A stretch of DNA of 64,000 nt from Pseudomonadota bacterium (GTDB lineage Bacteria; Pseudomonadota; Alphaproteobacteria; JACQOE01), in NCBI GenBank assembly GCA_016202695.1, contig JACQOE010000013.1, positions 707 through 64,706 on the forward strand, in the 5' to 3' direction. Positions 8,687-20,849 of the stretch are shown piece after piece. The first letter of the stretch is position 1; every line of letters starts with the position of its first letter. The notes under the pieces were generated by a model that was given only the letters and a program-made list of their open reading frames with translations, made no database searches and was not told the origin of the DNA. Both the position numbers and the translations under genes were made by a program.

Positions 8687-11038
8687 GTGAACGATGAGAG
8701 CACCACCTCCCGTGCGGCAGGGCACGTGCGCCTAGGCCAGCCCGTCCGGCGGCTGGAGGACGAGCGGCTGCTCAGGGGGCGGGGCGGCTTCATCGACGAC
8801 CTCGACCTCGGTGGCCAGGCACACGCCCACTTCGTCCGCTCGGTGCACGCGCACGCCCGCATCGCAGGAATCGACACCGCGGCCGCGCGCCAATCCCCCG
8901 GGGTGCTCGCCGTCTACACCGGCGCCGACCTCGATTCGGAAGGCGTGGGCCGCATCCACTTCCCCTCGGCGGTGAAAAGCCGCGACGGCACGCCGATGCG
9001 CAACCCCGTGCGGCCGTGCCTGGTTTCCGACAAGGCCCGGCACGTCGGCGACACGGTCGCCATGGTGGTGGCCGGGAGCCGCGGCGAGGCGCGCGACGCG
9101 GCCGACCTGGTCGCGGTCGAGTACGAGGAGCTACCCGCCGTCACCGGCGCCGCCGAGGCGCTGCAACCGGGCGCGCCGCTGGTCTGGGACGAGGTTCCCG
9201 GCAACCTCGCCTTCGACTGGGAGGGTGGCGACCGGGCCGCGGCGGAGAAGGCGTTCGCCGCCGCCCGCCACGTCGCCCGTGCCGAACTGGTGGTGAGCCG
9301 GGTGGTGGTGGCGGCGATGGAGCCGCGCGGCGCGCTCGGATCGTACGATCCGCACAGCGGCCGCTACACCCTGATCACGCCCACCCAGGGCACCACGCCC
9401 GTGCAGCAGACCATCGCCAGGTACGGCCTCAAGGTGCCCTCGACCGACCTGCGAGTGGAAAGCCCCGACGTGGGCGGCGGCTTCGGGATGAAGAACTACG
9501 CCTATCCCGAGCAGGTGCTGGTGCTGTGGGCGTCGCGCAAGCTGGGCCGGCCGGTGAAGTGGTACCCGGAGCGGAGCGACGGCTTCATGACCGACGCCCA
9601 GGGCCGCGACCACCGGATGCAGGTGGAGCTCGCGCTCGACGCGGAGGGCCGCTTCCTTGCCATCCGCTGCCGGACCCTCTCCAACCTCGGCGCCTACGCC
9701 ACCCAGTCGGCGCCGTTCATTCCCACCCTCGGCGGCACCCGGGTGCTGACCGGGGTCTACACCATTCCCTGCTTCCACGCCGAATCCAGGGGCGTCTTCA
9801 CCAACACCGTGCCGATCGACGCCTATCGCGGCGCCGGCAAGCCCGAGTTCATGTACGCGCTGGAGCGGGTGGTGGACGTGGCCGCGCGCGAGCTGAAGGT
9901 GGACCCGGCCGAGCTCCGCCGGCGCAACATCGTGCTGCCCTCGGCCATGCCCTACCGCACGCCCACGGGGCTGGTGTTCGACTCGGGCGAGTTCGCCAGG
10001 AACATGGACGATGCCCTGGTACTCGCCGACCGCCCGGGCTTCGCCACCCGGCGCGAGGAGGCGAGGAAGCGGGGCAAGCTCCGCGGCCTCGGCTTCTCGG
10101 TCTACCAGGAGCCGGACGGATTCCGCGACAACCGCGCCGAGCTCGTCTTCGACCCCAGCGGGCGGCTCACGCTCACCGTCTCGCCGGTCTCCAACGGCCA
10201 GGGCTACGTCACCACCTTCGCCCAGGTGGTGTCGGACCAACTGGGGCTGCCCTTGGAGACGATCCGGGTCGTGCAGGCGGACTCCGATCATACCGGCGGG
10301 GCCAGCGGTGCCGGGGGCTCGCGCACCGCCACCGTCACCGGCACCGCCATCGCCCGCGCCGCGGCCGAGATCGTGGAGAAGGGCCGGCGCATCGCCGCCC
10401 ACCTGATGGAGGCGAGCGCCGAGGACGTGGAGTTCGCCGACGGCGCCTTCCGCATCGCCGGCACCGACCGCTCGGTGGGCCTGGTCGAGGTGGCGCAGGC
10501 CGCCTTCCTCGTCGCTAGGCTGCCGCCGGACATGGAGTTTGGGCTGGGCGCGACCTCGCACTACAACGCGCGGGCCTACAGCTACCCCTCGGGCTGCCAC
10601 GTGGCCGAGGTGGAGATCGACCCCGAGACCGGCCAGGTGACGCTGATCGCCTACAGCGTGGTCAACGACTTCGGCCGGGTCATCAACCCACTCCTCCTGG
10701 AGGGGCAGATCCAGGGCGGGGTGGTGCAGGGGATCGGCCAGGCGCTGATCGAGAACTGCGTCTACGACCCGGGCTCGGGCCAGCTCCTCACCGGCGCCTT
10801 CACCGACTACGGCATCCCCCGCGCCGACGACGTGCCCTTCATCGCCTGGACGCGGAACGAGGTGCCATGCAAGACCAACCCGCTCGGCATCAAGGGCTGC
10901 GGCGAATCGGGCTGCACCGCCTCGATTGCGGCGGTGATGAACGCGGTGGTGGACGCGCTCGCGGAAGTCGGCGTCACCCAGGTCGACATGCCGACCACGC
11001 CGGAGAAGATCTGGCGGCTGTGCCGGACGGGGAAGTGA
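8687..11038 (+). CDS. Xanthine dehydrogenase-family molybdopterin-binding large subunit (CoxL/CutL-like, not form I CODH)
   Basis: RLEDERLL.G.G.F.DD, MEPRG, VGGGFG.K, active-site loop AYRGAGK, GQG..T, GSR and KGCGESG. Confidence 0.93.
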   Translation: MNDESTTSRAAGHVRLGQPVRRLEDERLLRGRGGFIDDLDLGGQAHAHFVRSVHAHARIAGIDTAAARQSPGVLAVYTGADLDSEGVGRIHFPSAVKSRDGTPMRNPVRPCLVSDKARHVGDTVAMVVAGSRGEARDAADLVAVEYEELPAVTGAAEALQPGAPLVWDEVPGNLAFDWEGGDRAAAEKAFAAARHVARAELVVSRVVVAAMEPRGALGSYDPHSGRYTLITPTQGTTPVQQTIARYGLKVPSTDLRVESPDVGGGFGMKNYAYPEQVLVLWASRKLGRPVKWYPERSDGFMTDAQGRDHRMQVELALDAEGRFLAIRCRTLSNLGAYATQSAPFIPTLGGTRVLTGVYTIPCFHAESRGVFTNTVPIDAYRGAGKPEFMYALERVVDVAARELKVDPAELRRRNIVLPSAMPYRTPTGLVFDSGEFARNMDDALVLADRPGFATRREEARKRGKLRGLGFSVYQEPDGFRDNRAELVFDPSGRLTLTVSPVSNGQGYVTTFAQVVSDQLGLPLETIRVVQADSDHTGGASGAGGSRTATVTGTAIARAAAEIVEKGRRIAAHLMEASAEDVEFADGAFRIAGTDRSVGLVEVAQAAFLVARLPPDMEFGLGATSHYNARAYSYPSGCHVAEVEIDPETGQVTLIAYSVVNDFGRVINPLLLEGQIQGGVVQGIGQALIENCVYDPGSGQLLTGAFTDYGIPRADDVPFIAWTRNEVPCKTNPLGIKGCGESGCTASIAAVMNAVVDALAEVGVTQVDMPTTPEKIWRLCRTGK

Positions 11039-11041
11039 GGG
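10976..11041 (+). repeat. 66-bp direct repeat, copy 1 (last codons and stop of the Mo-enzyme gene)
   Basis: acccaggtcgacatgccgaccacgccggagaagatctggcggctgtgccggacggggaagtgaggg is identical to 11364-11429. Confidence 0.95.
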
Positions 11042-11073
11042 AAAGGGCGGGCGGATCGTAAGGAGACCGGACG

Positions 11074-11364
11074 ATGCCGATGAAGAACCCGCCGCACCCG
11101 GGGCTGTCCGTCCGTTACGACTGCTTGGAGCCCCTGGGGCTCAGCGTGACCGAGGCGGCGAGGAAGCTCGGCGTCAGCCGCAAGCAGCTCTCCGACATCG
11201 TCAACGGCCGTTCGGGCATCTCGCCGGAGATGGCGATCCGGCTCGACAAGGCGTTCGGCGGCGGTGCCGAGACGTGGTTCCGGCTCCAGGCGGCCTACGA
11301 CCTCGCCCGGGCGATGAAGCGCGCCGACCGAATCAAGGTGGGGCGGCTCAAGCCGGCGGCGTGA
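11074..11364 (+). CDS. higA: HigA-family antitoxin (orphan; no higB upstream)
   Basis: [10 protein letters not shown]...[51 protein letters not shown]; RBS aaggag upstream. Confidence 0.93.
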   Translation: MPMKNPPHPGLSVRYDCLEPLGLSVTEAARKLGVSRKQLSDIVNGRSGISPEMAIRLDKAFGGGAETWFRLQAAYDLARAMKRADRIKVGRLKPAA

Positions 11365-11429
11365 CCCAGGTCGACATGCCGACCACGCCGGAGAAGATCT
11401 GGCGGCTGTGCCGGACGGGGAAGTGAGGG
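11364..11429 (+). repeat. 66-bp direct repeat, copy 2
   Basis: Perfect copy of 10976-11041 at offset 388 bp; it begins on the last base of the higA stop codon. Confidence 0.95.
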
Positions 11430-11558
11430 GGAAGGGCACGCCTGGAACGCTTGGCGTGGGCACTCGCTAGGAAGTTCCCGCGGGCCGACTCCGGGGTTTA
11501 ACCCGGGGGCTTGGCCCGCGGACAGCCCCAGCGGACGGATTTCGGAGCCCCCTTTCGT

Positions 11559-11679
11559 CGTCATGGCCGGGCCGCGCCGAGGGCGCGAGTCCCGGCCATC
11601 CACGCCTTCTTTTCCGGTGCCGGTCGAGGTCCAGGCGTGGATACCCGGGACTCGGCCTGCGGCCGGCCCGGGTATGACG
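11559..11679. repeat. Bipartite REP-like element
   Basis: cgtcatggccggg...cccggccatccacg ... cgtggatacccggg...cccgggtatgacg: nested inverted repeats with cgtca/tgacg ends. Confidence 0.75.
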
Positions 11680-11862
11680 GGGAAGGAACGGCGCCTCCCT
11701 TGTCGCCAAGGTCCGGTCCAACGAGCAGGGCCGCACCACGCCAGGCCACAGGGTGCGTCCCTCAACCCTGTACTGGGCAGGTTTGGTCTCGATGCGGCTT
11801 CCCCGCCGCGCCTCTTCGGTTAAGATGGCCGGCGAACGTCCCATCGGGGAATGGAGGGAGCG

Positions 11863-12474
11863 ATGGCCGATCCGATCGTCTTTGCCGGCACCGTGGAATG
11901 GTCGGGCGAGAACCCCGGCATCTCGCTGAAAGAAAGGCCGGACGGCCCCTTCGTCACGATGGCCAGTTTCTTTCGCGTCGTGCTCTCGCCGCACGGGCGG
12001 GGCCATGCCCTGGTGCTGCTCCAGTCGCCGCAGGACGCCAACCCGCCGGCGGAGCGGGCGAACCTCTGCCTCCACGACAACGAGAGGCTGGCGCGCTTCC
12101 TGGTCGCCGATTTCGTCTCCCACTTCGGCGCCTTCAAGGGCCTGCCGGGCCTTCGCGGCCTGGTCTACCGGCGCCTCGACGGCGTGGAACCCTCGGGCGA
12201 TCCCGCCGGCACCTACAGCGAGACGGTGAAATCCGGCGACCTCACCGTGCGGCTCACCTGGAGCGGGCTCGGCAAGCCGTTCTGCTTCGCGCTCCCGCCC
12301 GACAAGTCGGCCACCGGCCGGCACCACATGCCGAGCCTGTTCGTCGGCTGCAAGGAGGCCTCGGTGACGGTGAACGGCCGCGCCCTTCCGGGCAAGCCGG
12401 CGCCGCGCGAGATCGCCGGGCACAGCATCACCACCGCCATGCTCGCCTTCTCGGAGACCTGGATCCGCGCCTAG
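11863..12474 (+). CDS. Hypothetical protein (203 aa, no recognised domain)
   Basis: RBS ggagggag before ATG 11863, normal codon usage, protein-like composition. Confidence 0.8.
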   Translation: MADPIVFAGTVEWSGENPGISLKERPDGPFVTMASFFRVVLSPHGRGHALVLLQSPQDANPPAERANLCLHDNERLARFLVADFVSHFGAFKGLPGLRGLVYRRLDGVEPSGDPAGTYSETVKSGDLTVRLTWSGLGKPFCFALPPDKSATGRHHMPSLFVGCKEASVTVNGRALPGKPAPREIAGHSITTAMLAFSETWIRA

Positions 12475-12506
12475 CGGGCGGCGCAAAACGATCGCGGCGC
12501 CGGCCC

Positions 12507-13763
12507 CTACCGCGCGCCGCGGAAGAGGAGCGGCGCGACGACGAACCAGGCGAAGGCCGCGCCCTGGAGCGCGAGCACGAGCGCGAAGGCGGCCCCATAC
12601 GCCTCGGGCGGATAGCCGCCGGAGGCCGCCCTGGGCCACAGGTTCACCACCGCCCCGATCCCCCACTGGGCGGCCGAGGAGGCGACGAAAACCAGCAGGT
12701 TGAGCCCGGTGTTGAGCCGCCCGGCGAGTGCCGCCGGGAAGCGCTGCGAGAGCGCGGCGTAGGTGATCACCCCGCTCGTGCCGAAGAAGCCGTAGCCGAT
12801 CCACAGCACGGCGACGAGCGGGCCCCGGGCGAGGCCGGCGACGATCGCCGCTTGCGCCGCCACGAAGGCGAGCATGCCGGCGACGGCGACGCCGAGCGGG
12901 CGCAGCCCCAGCCGCTCGGCCCGCTCGGCCACCCGGCCGAGGATCAGGAACCCCGCCACCATGGCCGCGGCGATGGCGAGCAGGTGGTTCGCCACCCCCG
13001 CCCGCGCGAGCCCGGCCACGTCGGCTAGCCACGGCCCGGCCCACAGCCCCTGCACGGCGAGGAAGGTCGCCTGCGAGGCGAGCGTGAACGGGGCCACGCG
13101 CCAGAAGAGCGCGCTCCCGAACACCTCGCCCACGCCCCTCGCCTGCTCGGCCAAGCCCGGGCCGGCCTCGCCCCGATCCCGGCGCTCGGGCACCGCCACG
13201 AAGATCGCGAGGCTCGCGGCGAGCGTCATCAGCCCGATGATCAGGAACAGCCCCCGCCAGTCGGTGAAGGCGAGCGCGGCCTCGACCGGGGCGGTGGCGC
13301 TGAGCGCGCCGAGTCCGCCCGCGGCGAGCACGCAGCCGTTGGCGAGCGGCAGCCTCTCGCGCGGGAACCAGATCACGAACGCCTTGAACGAGGCCATCAG
13401 GCAGGCGGAGACCCCGAGCCCGATCAGCCCGCGCGCGAGCATCAGCGCGCCCAGGCTCTGGGCGGCGGCGAAGAAGCCCGCCCCGGCGACGGCGAACAGC
13501 AGCAGCGCCGCCTCCACCCGCCGCGGCCCGAAGCGATCCAGGAGGATGCCGAGCGGAAGCTGGAAGGCGGCGAAGGTGACGAAGTAGACGCTGGTCAAGA
13601 GCCCGAGGTCGGCCGCGTCCAGCCCGAGCGAAAGCGTGAGGTCGGGCGCGATCACCGCGTTCACCACCCGGAAGAGATAGGAGAGGAAATAGCCGGCGGC
13701 GAAGGGCAGGAAGACCCGGGCGACGAGGACGGGGGAGAGCCGGTCGGGCTGGGGATCGCTCAT
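12507..13763 (-). CDS. MFS transporter
   Basis: About 12 hydrophobic segments; GILLDRFGPRR motif A. Confidence 0.92.
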   Translation of the reverse strand: MSDPQPDRLSPVLVARVFLPFAAGYFLSYLFRVVNAVIAPDLTLSLGLDAADLGLLTSVYFVTFAAFQLPLGILLDRFGPRRVEAALLLFAVAGAGFFAAAQSLGALMLARGLIGLGVSACLMASFKAFVIWFPRERLPLANGCVLAAGGLGALSATAPVEAALAFTDWRGLFLIIGLMTLAASLAIFVAVPERRDRGEAGPGLAEQARGVGEVFGSALFWRVAPFTLASQATFLAVQGLWAGPWLADVAGLARAGVANHLLAIAAAMVAGFLILGRVAERAERLGLRPLGVAVAGMLAFVAAQAAIVAGLARGPLVAVLWIGYGFFGTSGVITYAALSQRFPAALAGRLNTGLNLLVFVASSAAQWGIGAVVNLWPRAASGGYPPEAYGAAFALVLALQGAAFAWFVVAPLLFRGAR

Positions 13764-13916
13764 GCCGGGCCTGCGCTTGGGCGGGGCCTTCCCTTACCAC
13801 GATCCGGGTCGGCGCCCAACCGGGTTCCCGCCCTCGCCCCTTGACCCGCGCCCGACCAGGCGCCGATGTTAGGGCGCCACGCCTCTCGCCCATCGCTCCA
13901 AGGGGATGCCCGCACC

Positions 13917-14807
13917 ATGCTGCCGACGCACGGACGCTACGACTACACCGCCATCACCAAGCGGCCCGACTACTCCTGGCCGGGGGGCAGGCGCCTTGCC
14001 GTCTACGTCGCCCTCAACGTCGAGCAGTTCGCCTTCGGCGCCGGCAAGGGCTCGCTGATCGCGCCCCCCGAGCAGTCGACCAGCCACAGCGTCTACGCCT
14101 GGCGCGACTACGGCAACCGGGTCGGATTCTGGCGCCTGATGGAGCTGTTCGACGAGCTCGACCTCCCCATCCAGGCGCAGCTCAACGCCGCCGTCTACGA
14201 GCACTGCCCCGACATCCCGGCGCGGCTGCGCGAGCGGGGCGACGAGATCCTCGGCCACGGCATCACCAACTCCGAGGAGCAGGGGCACCTGGGCGAGGCC
14301 CTGGAGCGCGACCTCATCGCCCGCGCCACCGCCACCATCGAGCGCCACGACGGCAGGAAGCCGGCCGGCTGGATGAGCCCCTGGCTGTCGCAGAGCCCGC
14401 TCACCCCCGACCTCCTCAAGGAGGCCGGCTACCGCTACATGATGGACTGGGCCTGCGACGACCAGCCGATCTGGATGCGCACCCGCGCCGGGCCGATCCT
14501 GGCCATGCCCTATCCGATCGAGCTCAACGACAACCGGGCGCTGGTCTATCACCGCTACACCCCGGGCCAGTTCGCCGACATGATCATCGCCGCCTTCGAC
14601 GAGATGCTCGAGCAGTCGGCCCGCCAGCCGCTGGTGTTCGCGGTCTCGCTCCACACCTTCGTGGTCGGCCAGCCGTTCCGGCTCCGCGAGCTCCGCCGCG
14701 CGCTCAAGCACGTCGTCGCCAGGCGCGAGCGCATCTGGCTCACCCGCCCGGGCGAGATCTGCGCCCACGTCGAGAGCCTGCCCCCTGGCGTGGTGCCGGG
14801 ACGCTGA
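13917..14807 (+). CDS. Polysaccharide deacetylase family, PuuE/allantoinase-like amidohydrolase
   Basis: WPGGRRLAVYV.LNVE, DYGNRVG.WR, ILGHG, GWMSPW and SLHTFVVGQPFR. Start ATG 13917. Confidence 0.88.
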   Translation: MLPTHGRYDYTAITKRPDYSWPGGRRLAVYVALNVEQFAFGAGKGSLIAPPEQSTSHSVYAWRDYGNRVGFWRLMELFDELDLPIQAQLNAAVYEHCPDIPARLRERGDEILGHGITNSEEQGHLGEALERDLIARATATIERHDGRKPAGWMSPWLSQSPLTPDLLKEAGYRYMMDWACDDQPIWMRTRAGPILAMPYPIELNDNRALVYHRYTPGQFADMIIAAFDEMLEQSARQPLVFAVSLHTFVVGQPFRLRELRRALKHVVARRERIWLTRPGEICAHVESLPPGVVPGR

Positions 14808-14861
14808 CGGCCCCGGCCGCTGCCCACGCAGGCGAAACCATCCACCCGCGAGGTTCCCGCG

Positions 14862-15869
14862 ATGCTGCTCTCCCGCTTCCCCCGGCTCCGCTTCGCCCAT
14901 CTCCCCACCCCCCTCGAGCCGATGCCGAATCTCTCCCGCCTCCTCGGCGGTCCCGCCCTCTACATCAAGCGCGACGACTGCACCGGGCTCGCCACCGGCG
15001 GCAACAAGACGCGGAAGCTCGAGTTCCTGATGGCCGACGCGCTGGCCAAGGGCGCCGACACCATCCTCACCCAGGGCGCGCTCCAGTCGAACCACGCCCG
15101 CCAGACGGTGGCCGCCGCCACCCGGCTCGGGCTCGCCTGCGAGCTCTTGTTCGAGAAGCGGGTCAAGGGCCCGGACGACGACTACCTCCGCTCGGGCAAC
15201 GTCTTCCTCGACCGGCTCTATGGCGCGCGGACGCGCGAGTACCCGGCGGACACGGACATGAACAAGGCGCTGGAGGAGGTCGCCGAGGAGGTGCGGAAGA
15301 AGGGCGGCAAGCCCTACGTCGTTCCCGGCGGCGGCTCCAACCCGGTGGGCGCGCTCGGCTACGTCAACTGCGCGATCGAGCTGGTGACCCAGGCCAACGA
15401 CATGGGCCTCCGGATCGACCGCGTGGTCCACGCCACCGGCAGCGCCGGCACCCAGGCCGGGCTGGTCACCGGCCTCGAGGCCATCAGGAGCGGCATCCCG
15501 GTGCTGGGGATCGGGGTCCGCGCGCCGAGGGCGAAGCAGGAGGAGAACGTCTACCGGCTCTGCCAGGCGACGGCCGAGTTCCTCGGCGTCAAGGGCGCGG
15601 TCGCGCGCGAGACGGTGGTCGCCAACAGCGACTACGTCGGCGGCGGCTACGGGGTGCCGACCGAGGGCATGATCGAGGCGGTGAAGCTGACCGCCCGGCA
15701 CGAGGCGATCCTCCTCGACCCGGTCTATTCGGGGAAGGCGATGGCGGGGCTGATCGACCTCGTGCGCAAGGGCGAGTTCAAGGGGTCCGAGACCGTGGTC
15801 TTCCTCCACACCGGGGGCTCGGTGGGGCTGTTCGCCTACCTCAGGGCCTTCGAGCGGGCGCTCAACTGA
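14862..15869 (+). CDS. dcyD: D-cysteine desulfhydrase (PLP-dependent)
   Basis: IKRDD.TG...[29 protein letters not shown] and FLHTGG. Ser/Thr at the diagnostic positions indicate DcyD rather than ACC deaminase. Confidence 0.85.
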   Translation: MLLSRFPRLRFAHLPTPLEPMPNLSRLLGGPALYIKRDDCTGLATGGNKTRKLEFLMADALAKGADTILTQGALQSNHARQTVAAATRLGLACELLFEKRVKGPDDDYLRSGNVFLDRLYGARTREYPADTDMNKALEEVAEEVRKKGGKPYVVPGGGSNPVGALGYVNCAIELVTQANDMGLRIDRVVHATGSAGTQAGLVTGLEAIRSGIPVLGIGVRAPRAKQEENVYRLCQATAEFLGVKGAVARETVVANSDYVGGGYGVPTEGMIEAVKLTARHEAILLDPVYSGKAMAGLIDLVRKGEFKGSETVVFLHTGGSVGLFAYLRAFERALN

Positions 15870-16010
15870 GGCGCGTGCGCGGCGCCGGCGCGCTACCGGC
15901 GCGCGCTGGGTTCTGATATCATCCGGCGATGGTCGGGCCGTCGGCCGGCGCGAGCCGCCGCGGCGGCCGAGGCGTGCCGCCGGCGCGCACGCACAGCAGG
16001 GCCTCGCAGC

Positions 16011-18827
<2,817 letters not shown>

Positions 18828-18891
18828 GCCGGTATTCTTAGACGTTACGTTAAGCGTTGGGGAAAACGTCCGCGAAGCGGCGAGGAAACGG

Positions 18892-20061
18892 ATGGCGGGC
18901 AAGCGCATGCTGGTCATCGACGACGAGGTCGAGATCGGCAACTTCATCAAGGTGGTCGGCGAGCGGAGCGGCTACGACGTCTCCGTGGTCACCGACTTCG
19001 CCGCCTTCCGCGAGGCGCTGGCCGCGGGCGAGCCGGCGCTCATCGTCTCCGACCTGATGATGCCGCAGACCGACGGCATCGAGCTGCTCAAGTTCCTGGC
19101 CAAGAGCGAGTGCCGCGCCCCGATCCTGATCGTGAGCGGGGTGGACACGCGGCTGCGCAACACCGCGCTGCGCTTTGGCAAGGCCAACGGCCTGCGCATG
19201 CTGGGCACGCTCGAGAAGCCGCTCCGGGTCAACGACATCCTCGCCGTCCTCGCCGCCCTCGAGGCCGAGGGTCCGTCCCTGGACGAGAACGGACTCCGCG
19301 CCGCGATCGACAACCACAACCTGGTGCTGCACTACCAGCCCAAGATCGAGCTCGCCAGCGGCCGCGTGGTCGGAGCCGAGGCGCTGGTGCGCTGGCCGAT
19401 CCCGAGCGGCGGGCTGTTCGCGCCGATGGAGTTCATCCCCCTGGCCGAGAAGACCAAGCTGATCCGCCCGCTGACCGATTCGGTGCTGCGCCAGGCAATC
19501 CGCGCCTGCGCCGAGTGGAGCCGGGCCGGCCATCAGCTCTCGGCGGCGATCAACCTCTCGCCGGCGATTCTCGACGATCCCGATCTGCCCGACGAGATCG
19601 CCCGCCTCGCCGCCGCCGAGGGCCTGCCCTCGGGGCGGCTCCTGCTCGAGGTCACCGAGAGCGGGGCGATGGCCGACCCGGTGCGGGTGATGGAGATCCT
19701 CGCCCGGCTCCGGCTCAAGGGGTTCGATCTCGCCATCGACGACTTCGGCACCGGCTTCTCCTCGCTGGTGGCGCTCGCCCGCATGCCCTTCAGCGAGATC
19801 AAGATCGACAAGTCCTTCGTCCTCGAGATGCGGGAGAGCAAGGAGGCCGAGGTGATCGTCCGCAGCGTGGTCGACTTGGGGCGCAACCTCGGCATGAAGG
19901 CGGTGGCCGAGGGGGTGGAGGACGCGGCCGTGCTCGCCCGCCTCGCCGAGCTCGGCTGCGACTACGCCCAGGGCTATCTCATCGGCAGGCCGATGCCGCG
20001 CGAGCAGTTCCTCGACTGGCTCGGTTCCTACCGTCCCGAGTCGCTGGCTTCGTCCGCATAG
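18892..20061 (+). CDS. REC-EAL response regulator / c-di-GMP phosphodiesterase
   Basis: VIDDE...SDLMMP REC domain, then YQPK, EALVRW, INLS, EVTES, IDDFGTGFSSL, KIDKSF, AEGVE and QGY. Start chosen at ATG 18892 (RBS agga); the ORF track starts at 18805. Confidence 0.93.
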   Translation: MAGKRMLVIDDEVEIGNFIKVVGERSGYDVSVVTDFAAFREALAAGEPALIVSDLMMPQTDGIELLKFLAKSECRAPILIVSGVDTRLRNTALRFGKANGLRMLGTLEKPLRVNDILAVLAALEAEGPSLDENGLRAAIDNHNLVLHYQPKIELASGRVVGAEALVRWPIPSGGLFAPMEFIPLAEKTKLIRPLTDSVLRQAIRACAEWSRAGHQLSAAINLSPAILDDPDLPDEIARLAAAEGLPSGRLLLEVTESGAMADPVRVMEILARLRLKGFDLAIDDFGTGFSSLVALARMPFSEIKIDKSFVLEMRESKEAEVIVRSVVDLGRNLGMKAVAEGVEDAAVLARLAELGCDYAQGYLIGRPMPREQFLDWLGSYRPESLASSA

Positions 20062-20849
20062 CCGAGTTCGGCGAGCAGCGGACCGGCGATCCCGATCACC
20101 GTCTCGGCCTGCTGGGGCGAAAGGTCGGACCGCCAGCGTCCGACGGCGCTGGCGTAGAGGGGGCGGCTGACCTGGGCCGCGCTCGACTCGCTGGCAAGGT
20201 CGCGCGCCTGGCGGTAATAGTCCAGCACCGGCGCCTCCCAAGGCTCGCCGAGGGCGGCGAAGAGCGCCTTGAGAGTCGACTCCGGCTCGGCCACCAGCCG
20301 CTCGTAAGCCACCTCGACATAGCGCGCGCCCACCGCCGGCACCGATGCCGCCTGTCGTCCCGCGCGCACCGCCTTCACCCAATATCTTGCCGCCTCGGCC
20401 GCGTCGCGGGTATAGGCGAGGGGAGCGCCGGTCGCGGCGTCGATCCAGTTCATGGTCAGGAGCGAGGCCACCACGTCGCGCCCATCACGGACGACGTGGA
20501 CGAGCGGGCTTTCGGGAAAAAGAGTGTTGAGGGCAGGAAAGAAGAAGACGTTGTTCGGCGACTTCTCGGCGATCCGCGCCTTGCCGCTCGCCCGCCGGTA
20601 AGGGTCGAGAAGCCCGAGGAGGAGGTCGCGGTAGAGGCGGTCGACATCGGCGGGGGCGATCCGCCAGGCGTCGAGCGCGGCGGCCTGCACCGAGCGGAGC
20701 GTCTGCCACTGCCGCAGAATCATCGGCGTCACCTTCAGCTCGGGGCCGCAGGCGATGCGCGAATGGGAGTCGAGGATCACGCGCAGGAGCGTGGTCCCCG
20801 AGCGGCCGGCGCCGCCGACGAAGATCGGGGGGGCGATCGGCTCAGCCAT
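20028..20849 (-). CDS. PAPS-dependent sulfotransferase (Sulfotransfer_3 / TPST-like)
   Basis: 5'-PSB loop GAGRSGTTLL, 3'-PB VRDGRDVVASL, EKSP, YE.LV..PE and SVGRW-like AVGRW. Start ATG 20849 overlaps the stop of the upstream gene. Confidence 0.92.
   Translation of the reverse strand: MAEPIAPPIFVGGAGRSGTTLLRVILDSHSRIACGPELKVTPMILRQWQTLRSVQAAALDAWRIAPADVDRLYRDLLLGLLDPYRRASGKARIAEKSPNNVFFFPALNTLFPESPLVHVVRDGRDVVASLLTMNWIDAATGAPLAYTRDAAEAARYWVKAVRAGRQAASVPAVGARYVEVAYERLVAEPESTLKALFAALGEPWEAPVLDYYRQARDLASESSAAQVSRPLYASAVGRWRSDLSPQQAETVIGIAGPLLAELGYADEASDSGR

Noticed and set aside
8687-11038. Aerobic CO dehydrogenase (coxL form I)
   Set aside because: The loop is AYRGAGK, not AYxCSFR, and there are no coxMS or accessory genes.
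14862-15869. ACC deaminase (acdS)
   Set aside because: It has DPVYSGK/HTGG rather than the Glu and Leu diagnostic of ACC deaminase (DPVYEGK/HLGG).
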